A program made the translations under genes and the position numbers. Below the pieces are notes generated by a model. It was not told the DNA's origin. It ran no database searches and saw only the letters and a list, made by a program, of their open reading frames with translations. Shown piece by piece: positions 23,886 to 37,370 of a stretch of 64,000 bases of DNA (the stretch's first letter is position 1; each line of letters starts with the position of its first letter). This DNA is from Felis catus (Eukaryota): NCBI RefSeq assembly GCF_018350175.1, contig NC_058368.1, forward strand, positions 197,780,001-197,844,000. Reading direction: 5' to 3'.

Positions 23886-24987
23886 CAGGGCTAGCGGCAT
23901 AATTTTCAGGGTCCCTTGGTCAAAGGCAGATAAAGGCTTCCACTGAAAGTATTAATATGTAAAGCCTTTTTTTTTTTTTTTTTGATCTGCAGTTTCTCTC
24001 TTAACTCGTCATGGCATATTTTCTTTGCTATTTACCTGTCCTCTAGTAGGAAAGTAAAATTTAATTTTAAATTGTTAGCAAAGATTTACCATTTGTAGTA
24101 CCCAAAGCCAGTTTTAAATGCAAACATGAGAGCATTTCACGTGTATGGAATCACCAAAATGACACGAACCATGCAAATCGTATCTGACAATTCAAGGGTG
24201 CTTATGGACTTTGTTTTTACCAGCCAGTGCACAAAACTCATGCAAGTGTTTGTACCTCACCTCTTGAGAGTACACACTTTCCACTAACACGCTACCTTCA
24301 GCTAACTGATGAGTAAAGACGGACTAAAAGGGAAAAGAGCCGTGATTGGCCATATCTCATCCTTTCTTTCTATGTTGATATTTTCAGCAGAAGTGGTTGG
24401 CAAATACAAGACGGTAGAGGGTTTTTTGGTGGTTCCTCCTCCTTCAAGCAGCACTGCCTTCCTCGTGCATTTGCCAAGTTCTGGTCAGATGGAAACCGTG
24501 GCCTTCAGGGCTGTCTGTGTTCCCAGTTAGTCAGTCGTACACATGTTGATATGAAGCATGAGCGTAGGATTCTAGTGGACCTGTGATCTGTGAGAATTCA
24601 GTAAGAATTCCCTGGTAAACATATTGTAGAAGTTGCTGACCAAGGGACGATGGAAAACAGGAAAAACACTTTCTATGTATGATGTGTTCACCTTGTATTT
24701 GCTCTGAGGCATACTTCAGGCATGGCGAGTCGACCAGAATCCTGTGCTCATGGGGTATCATTAACGTTTTGAGGCAGCAAGGAACTATGGCGGACACACA
24801 CATGCACCTATAGCCTGTGCTCGCCAGTGCCCCAGATATCACTGGTGCATGTTCCGTTGTCCCTCAGACTTCACAGGTTCAAAGATAAACTTACTAAGAA
24901 TTTCAATATGGCAGCAAACAGAGCATTAAACCAAGACCTGGGTTTCTGTCTGGCTGCACTGCTCACACAACCAGGAAGCTGGCCTGT
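23886..24987. mobile_element. MER45-like hAT-Tip100 element
   Basis: Left end cagggctagcggcataatttt; right end aagaatttcaa...cagagcattaaaccaag...gaagctggcctg; span ~1.1 kb. Confidence 0.55.
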
Positions 24988-26407
24988 CCCTCGTCCTTCC
25001 CAATCACAACCTAAAGCAGCCTCTCAGGAAACATTGCCCTTGTTGAGAGAACACCAGGAAAACAGAATAACAACATCAGAAGAGCTCCCCTTAACCTGAA
25101 GCTTAGTAATCAAGTGGCTTAAGCTGCCCTCCAGGATGCCCTCTTTTGGGCCGAAGTGCTGAGGCCTAAGCATTATTCCCTCCATGGAGACATTTTTCGA
25201 GGAAAAGTTCCCACCTCTGACTTAGAGGGAGGTGAACTTGAGTTATGAAACCAAACGCATGATGGCTGTCATCCGGGGGGTTGGCACACCTGGGTTTTAG
25301 TCCTGAGACTTGTCCCTTACTATTGATACAAATGTTAACATGTGACCAGACATTTCTGGGTCTCTGTTCCTTCATCTGTGAAATGGCAATACTATGAGAA
25401 CCCATCTCCTAGGGCCTTTGTTAAGGTTAAATACGAGACTGTATGTGCAGAGCTGAGCCCAGCTCCTCTTACACAGAAAGTGCTCAATAAACGGAAGCTG
25501 GTGTAACTGCTGTTATTATAATTGTATATATAACATCATTCATATCTTGGTTAAACAAACTTCTCCAGTTATTTTTTCAGCTTTCCTGATAAGCATTTCG
25601 TAAGAAATGAGTCAATAGAAATCTCTGTGCTCTCTAAACACTGCTCCCACGCAAGGAATGCCGCCCTCCCTCGACTGGAAGAAAAACCAGGGATGAATTA
25701 AATTAAATTAATCACACTGTTTATAAATAATTGTTTAAGCAACAGGAGACAAGACCTGTTTCCTGGGTATATTATGCCTCATGCTGAACAGTTGGGACTG
25801 TTATTTTGAATATGCCTTCTGGCTTTTAAATTACCTGTCGGCATTTCTCTGACCCAATCTAAAACGTGCTAACCATGCCGAACCAGCTACGTACGTTGTC
25901 TGTGCCTTTGGTGTTCCTCTTTTGCTCTGCAGGTGCTGGACTTGGTGCTACGGTGTTGAGGTTCCGTGTACCAGCCCTCTGAGACTGGCGCCCACAATAG
26001 AGAGGGGTCAGGCATGACACTCTGCAGGGCAGACTTCGAAACCGCACCCAGCTCCAGAGACGCCCAGAGTGGTCCGGGGTCACGAATGGAGGCAGGGTGG
26101 TGTGGGGTTCTGACCCTTGACCCTGGATCACACTAGAGCTACTGGAGAGCTGTTAGTACCTGAGCCTGGGCTCCACTGGTGGAGATTCGATATAAAGGGT
26201 CCAGTTGGGGACCAGAAATGCTTCTGTTTTAGGAGGTCAGGAGTACTGCAGTATTGAGATTCCTTGGTTCGGTGGCCAGAGCAGGGAGCCTGTGTCAATC
26301 CCCAAGGAGTCCTTGTTTCTTTCAGCACCAATAGAACAGGGAAGTGCCTTCAAGTTTAGGCCTCGTTCCACGTCTTAAATACTGAGCTAGTGTGGGCATA
26401 ACCCATT

Positions 26408-26626
26408 AGTTCTCAAATGGGGACAATTTTGTAACCCAGGGGACATGTGGCGATGTCCAAAAGCGTGTGTGGTGTTCCTAACTGGCGGGGGCTCCTGACA
26501 TCAGTGGATTTCGGCCAGAGATGCTGCCGAAGCTTCCAACTATGCATAGGGCAGCCCCCGGCCCCATTGCAACAAAGAATTGTCTGGCCCAAATTGCAAC
26601 ATAGTGCTGAGGTTGAGAAACCCTGC
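26408..26626. mobile_element. MER20-like hAT-Charlie MITE
   Basis: gttctcaaatggggacaattttg..cccaggggacat...atagtgctgaggttgagaaaccctg. Confidence 0.75.
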
Positions 26627-26769
26627 TTGAAACGGATTCTCTGGGCTTCGCAACACAGACTCTCCTTACCACTGACAGGCGACAGCAAGAGGGGTCTTTT
26701 ACCAGCGCCAGGGGACAATGTATGCTTTTACCTGCCCACTGCAGTGCCCTGCACCACGCGACTCCTCTT

Positions 26770-26997
26770 TGTTTTTCGTTTTTGTTTTGTTTTGTTTCTT
26801 TATTTTGAGAGAGACCGAGAGAGTGCAAGCAGGGGAGGGGCAGAGAGAGAGAGGGAACCAGAGAATCCCCAGCAGGTTCCCTGCTGTCAGTGCACAGAGC
26901 CCGATGTGGGGCTGGAACTCATGAAACCGTGAGACCATGACCTGAGCCAAAATCAAGAGTCGGACGCTTAACCGAACTGAGCCGCCCAGACACCCCG
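26770..26997 (-). mobile_element. CAN-SINE
   Basis: gcacagagcccgatgtggggctggaactc...acctgagccaaaatcaagagtcggacgcttaaccga. Confidence 0.9.
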
Positions 26998-27761
26998 CCA
27001 CGTGGCGTCCCTTAACTCACATCTATTCCCAAGATGAGACAAGTTGAAAAAAAAAACCAAAACCCTGTAGAACACGATAACTGGTGTCACTCCTGCGAAG
27101 CAGGGCCCGGAATTTCTGTGGTTACGGTGCCGGCAGTAACCTTGCTGAAAAGCCCTTTCCACCAGGCAGGCTCTGTGAGCTTGTTCTCTTACAGCATGTA
27201 CTTGGCAGGGACACAGCCCTCCCGATTTAGTCGGAGCAGCTGTTCAGGAAGGAATTGCCTCCAGAACACACTAAGAGACCCACCAGAAACCCATACTCCT
27301 TGGAAACGTGTGTTCGGTCCACGGTGTCAGGATGCAGGTCCCTGGCCCGTAGAGGCGGTAAAGTTCCATCTTACACCGAGTGTCGACAGACTGGAGTGTG
27401 TCCAGAAGAGGGTAAGCACCATGATTTCCCTTGCAGAATTCAGGACCTAGGACCTAGGAGCAACAATGTCAGGCACAGGGGAGGCTGAGCTTAGAGCTTA
27501 AAGGAAATCATGGTCATCAGCATTTTTTTTTTTTTTTAATTTATCTGAGGACCGTTACACGAAAAGGGGATCTGGCATGTTCTTCAAGGTTGCAGGGAGA
27601 GAAGTAGGGACCAAAGACTGAAGTTTTAAGAGTACGTATTTCAGCACAACATGGCATGGACTGCCTTTCTAGGGTGTTCCTAATGGGATTAAAGTAGACA
27701 AGAAGTAGAATAAAATAGGAGAAATCGGGACAACCACCAGTCACTTAGAAGTGGTGATCAA

Positions 27762-27919
27762 GGGGTGTGTGGGTGGCTCAGCCAGCTGAGCGCCCAACTC
27801 TTGATTTTGGCTGAGGTCATGATCGCATGGTTCATGACATTGAGCCCCACATTGGGCTCTGCACACTGACCACATGGAGCCTGCTTGCGATTCTCTCTCT
27901 CTCTGCCCCTTCTTGGCTT

Positions 27920-27956
<37 letters not shown>

Positions 27957-27982
27957 AAATAAATAAATAAACATTGAAAAAA
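27762..27982 (+). mobile_element. CAN-SINE with (CT)n
   Basis: ggggtgtgtgggtggctcagcc...gaggtcatgatc...(CT)n...A-tail; TSD agaagtggtg(a/g)tcaa. Confidence 0.9.
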
Positions 27983-29544
27983 AGAAGTGGTGGTCAACAT
28001 TGGTCACTGGAAGCGTTGACTTGAATGAGCATGGCGGAGGAAGGGGCGGGAGGTCTAAGGAAACGCCCTCAGATCCCTCCTTTGTGGTTGTGTGAGTTAC
28101 GGAACCGCAAGAGATCCTCCCACAGTGCAGCTACACTCGAGAAGGGAGCAAGACCTACCTCAGTCATTTTATTTCATTTGGTTGGAGCTGGAGACTTTCT
28201 GGAAAGATGGCCAGTGGGAAGAAATGTGCCAGAGGTAATAGTGTCAATGTCAAGGGCCATTCTGTTTTGGTCTAGGATTCTTCTGGCAGTCTGTGGACGG
28301 GAGGAAGTTTAGACGTATCTAAGGAAGAAATTTATCCCCAGGCTGTATAGATGCTCCGTGCTACATAGCTGATTCAATGCCTGTGATTCCGTGTGAGGAA
28401 AATACTGTCCCATCCACCCATCACGATAAATTTCTATCACTTGAGCCCTTAATACGAACATAATTACTATTTAAATATGTTTAGGGAGAAGGAGCCCTAG
28501 GCTGAGATTAGAGAAACATCCCCCTCAATCTGGTATTCACGTTCTTCATTTCTCGTATGTCAGGGCCAGGACTTCAGGCTCTGGAAATAACAAGGCAATA
28601 TCCCAACCTGGGAGGAGCCAGAGTACTGTAGAGCAGTTTAATATCATGACCAAATGCATAGGACTTGGTATTTGACAGACCTTAGTTTGACTTCAGGTCC
28701 TGCCACCTTGAAGCTATGTGACCCTGGGCAAGTTAGTGGCCCTTTCTGTGCCTCAACTTCTTCCTGTTCTAAATGGCCCTTGCTCATAAAAGTGTTGTGA
28801 GGCTTGTGTGAGATACTGTACATATGGATCCTGGAACACAGCAGCTATTGATAAACTGAGTTCTCATTGTCAGCATCAGCATCTTTCGAGGCGAAAAGTC
28901 AGAGACGCAGGTTAGCAGAACGAGCCTCCTGTCACGCGAACGCTGGTTGGTTGTCAGAACAGGTGGTGGAGGGAAGCACTTGGGTGCCAAAATCATCATA
29001 ATAGCCTCCTGACAAGGGGCGGGATGGTTCCTGAGCAGCAGGCTCAGAAGTACCTCACCTGCAAGGATATGGGAACCGCGGCGAACGGAGGCATGCAGGA
29101 GGTTCTAGCTGCCGTTCTTCTAGAAGCCCTGTGACGTCGTCTCCAACCCGTGCGCGAGGAGACCCAGTGAACAGCTTCTGGTTATAGAAACAAACAACTG
29201 TGTGTGTGCTCTGGGTTAGATTCAAGCCAAGAGCCAAGAACCTCCTTTTCAGAAAATGATCTCTGAACGTCTCGTCTTGTTTCCATGCCTATGTTAGGTT
29301 ATTTTTAACAAGATTCTTAGAAACACTTCACAGTTAGAATTGTTCTTGGAGAGCCTTTTATTCTCTAAGAAACGAGCGAATCTGTGTTTTGATCAACGTG
29401 ACAAACAAATATATTTGGAGCCTGCTCCTCTTCCTTTTATTCTTTTCAGACTTTCGTTTCCTTCGCTGGCTGGTATAATGTAATTTGTTCCTGTGTTTGT
29501 GAATTGGCCTTGCCTGCTTTAAGTTTCTGCCTCTGGAGAAAGGA

Positions 29545-29570
29545 GTGTGCGTGTGTGTGTGTGTGTGTGT
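29545..29570. repeat. (GT)n microsatellite
   Basis: gtgtgcgtgtgtgtgtgtgtgtgtgt read directly. Confidence 0.9.
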
Positions 29571-30846
29571 CCATGTGTATACACATACGTCCCTGGGCAC
29601 ACACACCTATACATATGTGATTGTCACATATAATAATATATGTCATATATTGTTGTAATATAATATATTGTCACGTATAATAGCCAGTTGCGTTAGGAAT
29701 AATTTGGTTTCCTAGTCTGGACGTTCCCCCTCGCATTTCTCCTCCTCCTCCTCCTTCTCTGTCATCGTCATCGTAAGATCTACCATTTACTGAGCACTGG
29801 TTTTTATGCGACGCATCTATGCGGAGTGTATCACATGGACCATCTTACTGAATCTTTAATATACTCTATGGAGCAGGTATTATTATTTCCATTTCACTGA
29901 TGAGGAAACTGAGACTCAGATTAATTTGGCCAGCGTCTTACAGCTGGTGAGGGTTAGGACCAGGATTCTCACGCATGTTCATCTGATTTCGAAGCCCTTG
30001 CTGGAAACCACCAAACTGTGCTCCTTACTAGTGAACGGAAAACCCTTGAAAGAATGTAGAATTTTTGGTTCTTGGACGTGAGAAGGGCTTGAGAAGTGAT
30101 CTGACCAAATATTCCAGCTAATGCAGTGGTCTCTTCTGTAGCTTATCTGATAAGTAGTTTTCAATCGCCCCCCTCATGAGAGGCAGCTCATTATTATTCA
30201 AAGCAAGACATTTTATTGTTGGAACAGCCCTAGTGGTTGCAGATTTGGGTCAAATTTTACTTCTCTATATCATAGCGTCATCAAAGCTTCGAGTTCTATA
30301 GCTGGAAGTGATAACAGAGCTCGAGCAGTCCAGTAGTTTTTAAACACGTTTTTGCAGATGTGGAAATCTTTCGTTCAAATGGAATCTTCCTTGGACGTGT
30401 GAGCAATAAAGTATAACTGCTTTGATCACAACAGACGCTTATATGGGGATGTGTGTGCACAGAGCCGTGACCATCGACCCCATCCCTCCAGTGTCTCCTG
30501 TGGCCACTCCATGGGGTTGTTAGTCTTGTTAAGAGATGCCTGAAATAGGCTAGCGAACCCAATATTTTACAGAGAAGAAAATGAGGCTCCAAGATGTAAG
30601 ATGTTTAAGACGATTCTGCTGTATGAGCAGAACAAAGATCTGAATCCAGGTCTCAGAACTCCGAGTCCTTCTCCCTGATTCATTCATCTCTTGCCTTTTT
30701 ATTACATGCCTAATGTGGGTCAGGCACTGTTTCAGGCAGTAGGGACACAGCAGATTTCTAGATAGGCAGGATCCCTGCCATGAAGGAACTCACAATTGAG
30801 ATTTTATCATCCCATTTCTTTTTGATGGTTTGAGCCCTTGGAAGCA

Positions 30847-30848
<2 letters not shown>

Positions 30849-30886
<38 letters not shown>
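30849..30886. repeat. (CA)n microsatellite
   Basis: Perfect CA run read directly. Confidence 0.95.
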
Positions 30887-30889
<3 letters not shown>

Positions 30890-31399
30890 AGGCCATCCTG
30901 GGCAACTTTCTCTGCATTCAGTCCAGTTTGCCCATGACTTGCCGAAAGAATGGACTCTAGAACTGAACTCAAGGCTATTCACGTATTTGGTGATTTGAGG
31001 GTGACCTTTTCTTGACAGTATGGCAAATTCTAATTTATTTTCTCTGCCTCTGGTTTTCTTTGGGGACAATGCGTAGAATATGACCAGAGAGAGACAACCT
31101 ATTTCATATGTAGCATTCAAGGGGATGGAAAGGCCACTCAGACCTGTGGGATTTGAAACTGTGAATGCCAGCTGGATTGAGTTCTAAGAGAACCACCTTG
31201 AGCAACATAGTGGGACTTGTAGTGGACAGATAGTGAAGGGCATAGAAAGCCCTCCTGGCCTCACCCAACCTGGTTGTCCAGATCATTTCCCTCAACTCTT
31301 CCCCAGCCTAACTCCCTGCATAATAAGCGTGCAAGATCGATCAGTTTTCTGCAGATAGTGAGTTCTCCCACCTCTGGATTATTTCTGCTGCCTTAAATG

Positions 31400-31440
31400 C
31401 TCTCTCTCTCTCTCTCTCTCTCATTCTCTCTCTCTCTCTC
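31400..31440. repeat. (CT)n microsatellite
   Basis: CT run with one interruption. Confidence 0.9.
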
Positions 31441-32594
31441 GCTTTCCTGCCTGGGACAAGCCTACTCATTCTTCAAGGCAGCGTTCCAACACGAGCTCTC
31501 TAAACTTTCCTGGTCCCCACCCCCTCAATCTCTGAGCAATAACTAATCACTTCCCCCTCCGGGCTCTCTTACCACCTGCTTCTCCTCTTGAAGCTTAGTT
31601 CACCCCGAGGGATCGGAAGTACTCTTATGCACCTGACACATTCTCTACTCACCTGGGCAGCTTCCCAAGAGCAGGCCATTTTCTTACCCGCAAGGGCTAG
31701 GACCCGAGGGTGCCTGTTGACGGAAGGTGCGCATTCAAGGGGCATGCTGGTGCAGTGAGACGCCAGTTGGATCGCCCAGTTCCGATCCTGGCTCCACCTG
31801 GTGCCAGATGTTTGACTTGGAACAAGTTACTCGGCCTCATTCCAGCCAACCAGAACCTGCAAATAGTAGAACCTGTGTCAGGAGATTGCTGTGAAAGTTA
31901 TGTAAGGTAACCCATGACGTGTTTAGCACAGTAAATGGCACATAATAAATTTTGGCTGTTTTTCTTCTGGGTCCGCACATTTCAAGCATTTTCTCCTAGA
32001 TATTTTCAGGTTCAGCCACGTTGAAATAGTTCGGCAGAAAAAGCTGTCAGTCTGATTCCCCAAAGACTCAACGTTCTGATCCTTCTGTTGGTCATTTAGG
32101 AACTGTGGTAGGCAAGGAGGGGGGAGAAAGGTCTCACCAGGAGAATGGTTTGACCTCAGTCTTATGCGCATATGAGACGTAGGGCGAGAGGTGCCTCAGG
32201 ATTGGAACAAGCCGTGCCCACTGATTGACCTTGCACTTTGGCATACTGAAACCCAGACACATCTGAGGCCAGGGGTGGGGTGAAAAAGCTCTGGGAGTAC
32301 ATTGTGTCCAGAGGCAAAAGTTAGTTAGGCATTTCAAACTGCGCAAACTCAGCTATTTGGGTCTTTTCGACAAGCAGCAGAAAACAGCAGAAGGAGTGCT
32401 GGCCTGTGGTTTTAGAGCCATCACCCTGCAGACGCATCACTTTATGTCCTTGCCAAGACCCTGTGTTCACCGCAAGTCCGTTTTCCCGTCTGTCTGATAA
32501 GAACTTTTGTCACTTGCCTGCTACGTTCACAACTTCTACTGTATGGGCATTCTACCCATGCTACTATTTATCTACTACTTACCTTTAAATACAT

Positions 32595-32801
32595 TTTTTT
32601 AAAAATGCGTATTTATTTTGAGAGAGAGAGAGAGAGAAAGAGAGTGTGATCAGGGAAGGGGCAGAGAGAGAGGGAGGGAGAGAATCCCAAGCAGGCTCCG
32701 CACTGTCAGCACAGAGCCCTACGTGGGGCTCGATCTCCCGAACCGTGAAATCGTGACCTGAGCCAAGATCAAGAGTCAGACGCTTAACCAACTGAACCAC
32801 T
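32595..32801 (-). mobile_element. CAN-SINE
   Basis: gagaatcccaagcaggctccgcactgtcagcacagagccc...gtgacctgagccaagatcaagagtcagacgcttaacc; TSD ttaaatacattttt. Confidence 0.9.
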
Positions 32802-33137
32802 ACCGTTAAATACATTTTTCATCTGAATAAATGTATTTGTAAAGGAAGCTATCATGACCCCGAATGCAAAACCATATAGAGAAGATTGTTTTAAATATAG
32901 TGCAATGAAAACAAAACCAGTTATTATTTGTATAAATTATTATCACGAAAATTTGACTTGATCCCATTGCTTGCCAAAGACTGTGAGCCTAAGGCCTGCT
33001 CTCCATGTGTTAGGTATTAGAAACTTGTTAAAGCCAGAGGGGGCACCAACTGAGTCTTTTTCTTTAAAATAGGCAGAATGATCTCCCCCGACTCTCAAAA
33101 ATAAAAATAAATAAATATAAAAAAATATGTATTTAAA

Positions 33138-33390
33138 GGGGGTGCCTGGGTGGCTGAGTTGGTTAACTGTCCAACTCTTACGTTCAGCTCAGGTCAGGTT
33201 CTTATGGTTCGGGGGTTCGGGCCCCGCATCTGGCTGCACACTGTCAGTGCAGAGCCTGCTTGGGATTCTCTCTCTCTTCCTCTCCCTCTGCCCCTCCCCC
33301 GCTTGTGCATTTAAGCATGTGCGTGTTCTCCCTCTCTCAAAAATAAAAGAAATAAATACTAAAAATATATGTTTTAAAAATAAATAAATA
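33138..33390 (+). mobile_element. CAN-SINE nested in the A-tail of a 5'-truncated SINE remnant
   Basis: gggggtgcctgggtggctgagttggttaac...; an upstream ctctcaaaaataaaataaataaat remnant at ~33080-33135; outer TSD-like aaaata(g/a)gcagaat. Confidence 0.85.
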
Positions 33391-33443
33391 AAAATAAGCA
33401 GAATAAGTTAAAGAGATATCAGACACCCTTACTATGATTCAGA

Positions 33444-33657
33444 TTTTTTTTTTCAACATTTATTTATTTTTTGGGACAGAGAGAGACAGAGCATGAACGG
33501 GGGAGGGGCAGAGAGAGAGGGAGACACAGAATCGGAAACAGGCTCCAGGCTCTGAGCCATCAGCCCAGAGCCCGACGCGGGGCTCGAACTCACAGACCGC
33601 GAGATCGTGACCTGGCTGAAGTAGGATGCTTAACCGACTGCGCCACCCAGGCGCCCC
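33444..33657 (-). mobile_element. Young felid CAN-SINE (SINEC_Fc-type)
   Basis: Near-identical to the 2227/12221/20612 copies; TSD tgattcagatt. Confidence 0.95.
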
Positions 33658-33963
33658 TGATTCAGATTATTTAATTCTGTGCCCACTGTTTGACACATTC
33701 CCCTGTGGATCACACCCCATGTTTGGAAAATACTGGCTCTTCCATAGTCAAGATTCTATTGTGGTTGATAAGGAATCTAAAGACAAATGAAGAAATTGAC
33801 CTAGAGCATTGCCTTTTGAGTGATCGAACTTACTGATAACATAGTGCAAGCCTGTGTGTTCACTGTTTATAGACAATTCAATTAGTTTCAATAAGCTAAT
33901 TGTACCCAAGGATTTTATTTTTCCATCACATAAAGAACACATTCCAAACTTCGCTCTTTGCAT

Positions 33964-34160
33964 ATTTTTTTAAGTTTATTCATTTCGATAGAGAGTCGGG
34001 AAGGAGCAGAGAGAGAGAGAGAGAGAGAGAGAATCCCAAGCAGGCTCCACCCTGCCAGCTCAGAGCCCAACTCAGGGCTGGAACTCCTACACCATGAGAT
34101 CATGACCTGAGCTGACATCAAGAGTCAGACGCTTAACCGACTGAGCCATCCAGGTGCCCC
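33964..34160 (-). mobile_element. CAN-SINE
   Basis: (GA)n gaatcccaagcaggctcc...catgacctgagctgacatcaagagtcagacgcttaaccgactgagccatccaggtgcccc. Confidence 0.9.
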
Positions 34161-37100
34161 TCCTTTGCGTTTTTAACTTCTCATTTTTATGATTCATTGC
34201 CAAGTCTTATTTCATCATCAATGTCTAAAAAGCCAGAAGTGCCCCCTGATCCACTTGGCTAAAATGCACTGCTGTGTGCATTTCAGGGCTTCCATTCCGA
34301 TCTCTTGTGGACCACCACTGAATGCCTCATGTTGTAGCTCTGACCCTTCCCACTCACCTCTACTTTCCCTTTGAAGCCCCCTAAGTGTCTGGCCCAAAGC
34401 ACGGCCTCAGGTGTGAGTACAATACTGGATATCCACCTGCTCAGAGAATCTTCTACTCCTATGTGCATAGGAATTAGCTGAGAGCATTTTTTTTAGAAAT
34501 GAAGATGTTTGCTCTCCCCACCCAACCCCTGACCTCTCACCCCTGCTGACAGAGGTCAGGAGTGGATGCTGGGACTCTGTATTTATTGTAGGTTCCCAAG
34601 ATAATTCTGATACACATAACCTCTGGACACCACCTTGCGAAAGATGACTTCGCCAGTCTCCTTCTGGAACACAAGTAATTGTAGGTCTGTTTCAGCAACT
34701 GTTTGTGTTCAACTTCGCCACAAAACTCTTCCCTGCACGCAGATGACTTCCACATTCCCCAGTGGACAGGGTTCCTGGTTTGGGAGGCAGAATGCTCGAT
34801 TTGTAGTCCTGGATCCCCCTCTCCCATCCATCAGCCCATGCCCCTACATTGACCTTCTTCCTCTTCTCACATTGAAATGATAACCCCATACCCTCCTATC
34901 TTAATGGATTTGTGTAAACGATTAAGTATGGAAAAAGATACGAAAATGCTTTGTACATCGTAGGCGATTTTACTAAAACCATCAAAACAAGAAATGGCAC
35001 TTGAGGAACTCGCGTGTTAAAATGTCGGAGGTTCTTTCTTAATGAGGTTTTCCATCAGGGATTTTGAGCGGCTCTGCCAATGTTTTGCCTAAGCATATGT
35101 TTGAGGAGAGACAGTTGTGGTCTCGCTGCATTCTAAGTTGTGGCATTTCGGCTGTCCTAGCCCATCCTCCCCAGATACATTTAACAGCTTTGCAGGGTGA
35201 TTTCACAGATTCAGAAATTGAGGTCTTTCAGCTTCTTTAATACAAACCAAAAATTAGCCTCCCCGTGTTTCCAGCGAAACCTCTTCCCTCCATACGGAAT
35301 ATAAAGTATCAGATACTAACAATAGGATATTAAAAGCCAAATTCAAGCAATTAGCCACAGCTTTGGAGAACAGTCCCACACACAGCTGGTGCCCAATCAG
35401 AAGGTCTGGATCTGTCACCCACCATCTCTGCCTCTCATAGAATCAGAATGTCAGAGCCACAGAGGATCTTCTAGATAATCCTCCTCCTCATTTAGCGAAT
35501 GGGGAAAGTGAGGCACACGAAAGGGAGTAAGTCATGAGAGGAGGCACGTGCGGATGAGCGGTAAAAAGGCATTAGTTCCCAGGTCCCTGCGTTCTGGCTT
35601 CCGTTCACCTTGCGATACTCTGTGCATTCATGTAGCCTGAATAGGAATGCAGACACCCAACAGTGGCTCCACGGTCATCTCGATCTTTATTTCTGACGCT
35701 CTGGAAGGATTGTATGAGAGAGCCAGTGTAACCTTGAGAAACGCTTCTGGGAGAACCTCCTCCATTCTCCCTGACTGCTCTGAAGCCTTCCACATACCCG
35801 ACTCCGTAGCTCTTGTTAGCCCTTATCTTCTGCACGTTGTCCGTCCTCTGTCCTCGTTCTGTGCTGTCTCCTCACCCAGCTCCTCTCTTTGACTATGCCC
35901 TCCTGACTTTTCTCCTGCCTTTTGCAGGACTTTTTTCCTTTTCAGCTTTGTATCCCCAGTTGCCCATCACAGAATATACGTGTGCCACTTGGCAAAGATT
36001 CTCTTTTAGGGGACAGGAGGGGTCTCCAGGAACGAGTCCTGTGTTAACATCCCAGTCGCAGTGTGTTTCAGTAGGAGGAGGAGCCACATCACCCTGCAGG
36101 CTTCCCACAGGTGGAATAGATACAATACAAACCCCTGCACATGCTCCTTTTGCCCTGGAATCTGTCACAGTGGGACAAGGAAATGCTAGGGCAGCAGCCC
36201 GTGAACACTAGACTTAGCTATGACAGTTCTCGAGACAACGAGTAACAATATATCAGGACAATTAAGGGCACAGACTTTGGTATCAAAAATGACCTAAATG
36301 TAAGGTCTGATCCTACCATTTATTAAATGAGTAAATTTGGGGAAATTATTTAAACTCTGTGAAACTCGGTTTCCTCGTGTGTTAAATGGGCACAAAATAC
36401 ACAGATTAATACACATATAACACACTTAGCCTAATACCTGGCTTGGTTTTATTGTTGCTGATGGTGGAAATAAAAAGTGTGATAAAAAAGGAAATGTGGC
36501 NNNNNNNNNNNNNNNNNNNNNNNNNNNNNNNNNNNNNNNNNNNNNNNNNNNNNNNNNNNNNNNNNNNNNNNNNNNNNNNNNNNNNNNNNNNNNNNNNNNN
36601 NNNNNNNNNNNNNNNNNNNNNNNNNNNNNNNNNNNNNNNNNNNNNNNNNTTTTTTCTTTTAATAGATATGTTTAGTGATCAAGACATAAAAATGGAGGGA
36701 GGTATATGAAGACTTGAGGTTGCATCTTGAGTTATCTAGAGAGCTTTTACTTGAAAATAGCATAGAAGAAGGAATATATAGCCAAGGCTGAATCAAAGCT
36801 ATGTTCAGAGCAAGTAGCAAATCCAGAAATAGTTAGATCTCAATATTTAGGGAAGAAATCTTGCATATTCTATTGAAATAAGAATAGTCTTCCATCCGGA
36901 AAGACGAGAATATTATAGGGAGAAGGTTGCCGTCCAGGATTCATGAAAAATATTTAACTGTCTCTGAGCCAAGATGTATTCTATCTCAGGGGATTAAAGA
37001 AGCTAGTTGATAAGATCTCTGACTGGTGCTCTTTTGAGGGCGGGGGAAATGAGGGCAACCTGGAGGGAGACTAGTAAATATTGCCCCAGTTCTTAAAAAA

Positions 37101-37250
37101 GACTAAAGCTAGACTCCAGAAACGGTAGACTCATAGCTTGAAATAGACCTTATCAAAATGCTAAGACAGCTATTACACAAATGATTTGTGAGCAAGAGTC
37201 AGCGTTGTTTCATTAAAAAAACAATTCATGCCAACTAATTTCATTATGAG

Positions 37251-37370
37251 GACAGATTTACCGCGGGGCAGATTCATTTCTGCAAAGCTCTGGATAAAGC
37301 CTTCCATGGGTGGGTTTATTCTCAGGCCCACTGAGTGTGAGCTGTTCCAGGGGAAGGCAGTCTGTGTCCA
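37251..37370 (+). pseudogene. HTR4: Degenerate homolog of HTR4 exon i (frameshifted, weak GAG acceptor, no clear donor)
   Basis: gag|G ACA GAT... reads (R)TDLPRGRFISAKLWIKPSMGG versus recalled human (R)TDFLFDRDILARYWTKPARAG. After a 1-nt shift it reads FSGPLSVSC versus human FSGTLSIRC. It lies ~1 kb upstream of exon b. Confidence 0.6.

Noticed and set aside
33032-33048. CTCF-like motif gccagagggggcacc
   Set aside because: Only the 3' half fits the consensus and it appears to lie in an old repeat remnant. It cannot be supported from sequence alone.
36501-36649. N-run possibly hiding another exon or SINE
   Set aside because: The flanks give no diagnostic splice or SINE sequence, so the content cannot be inferred.
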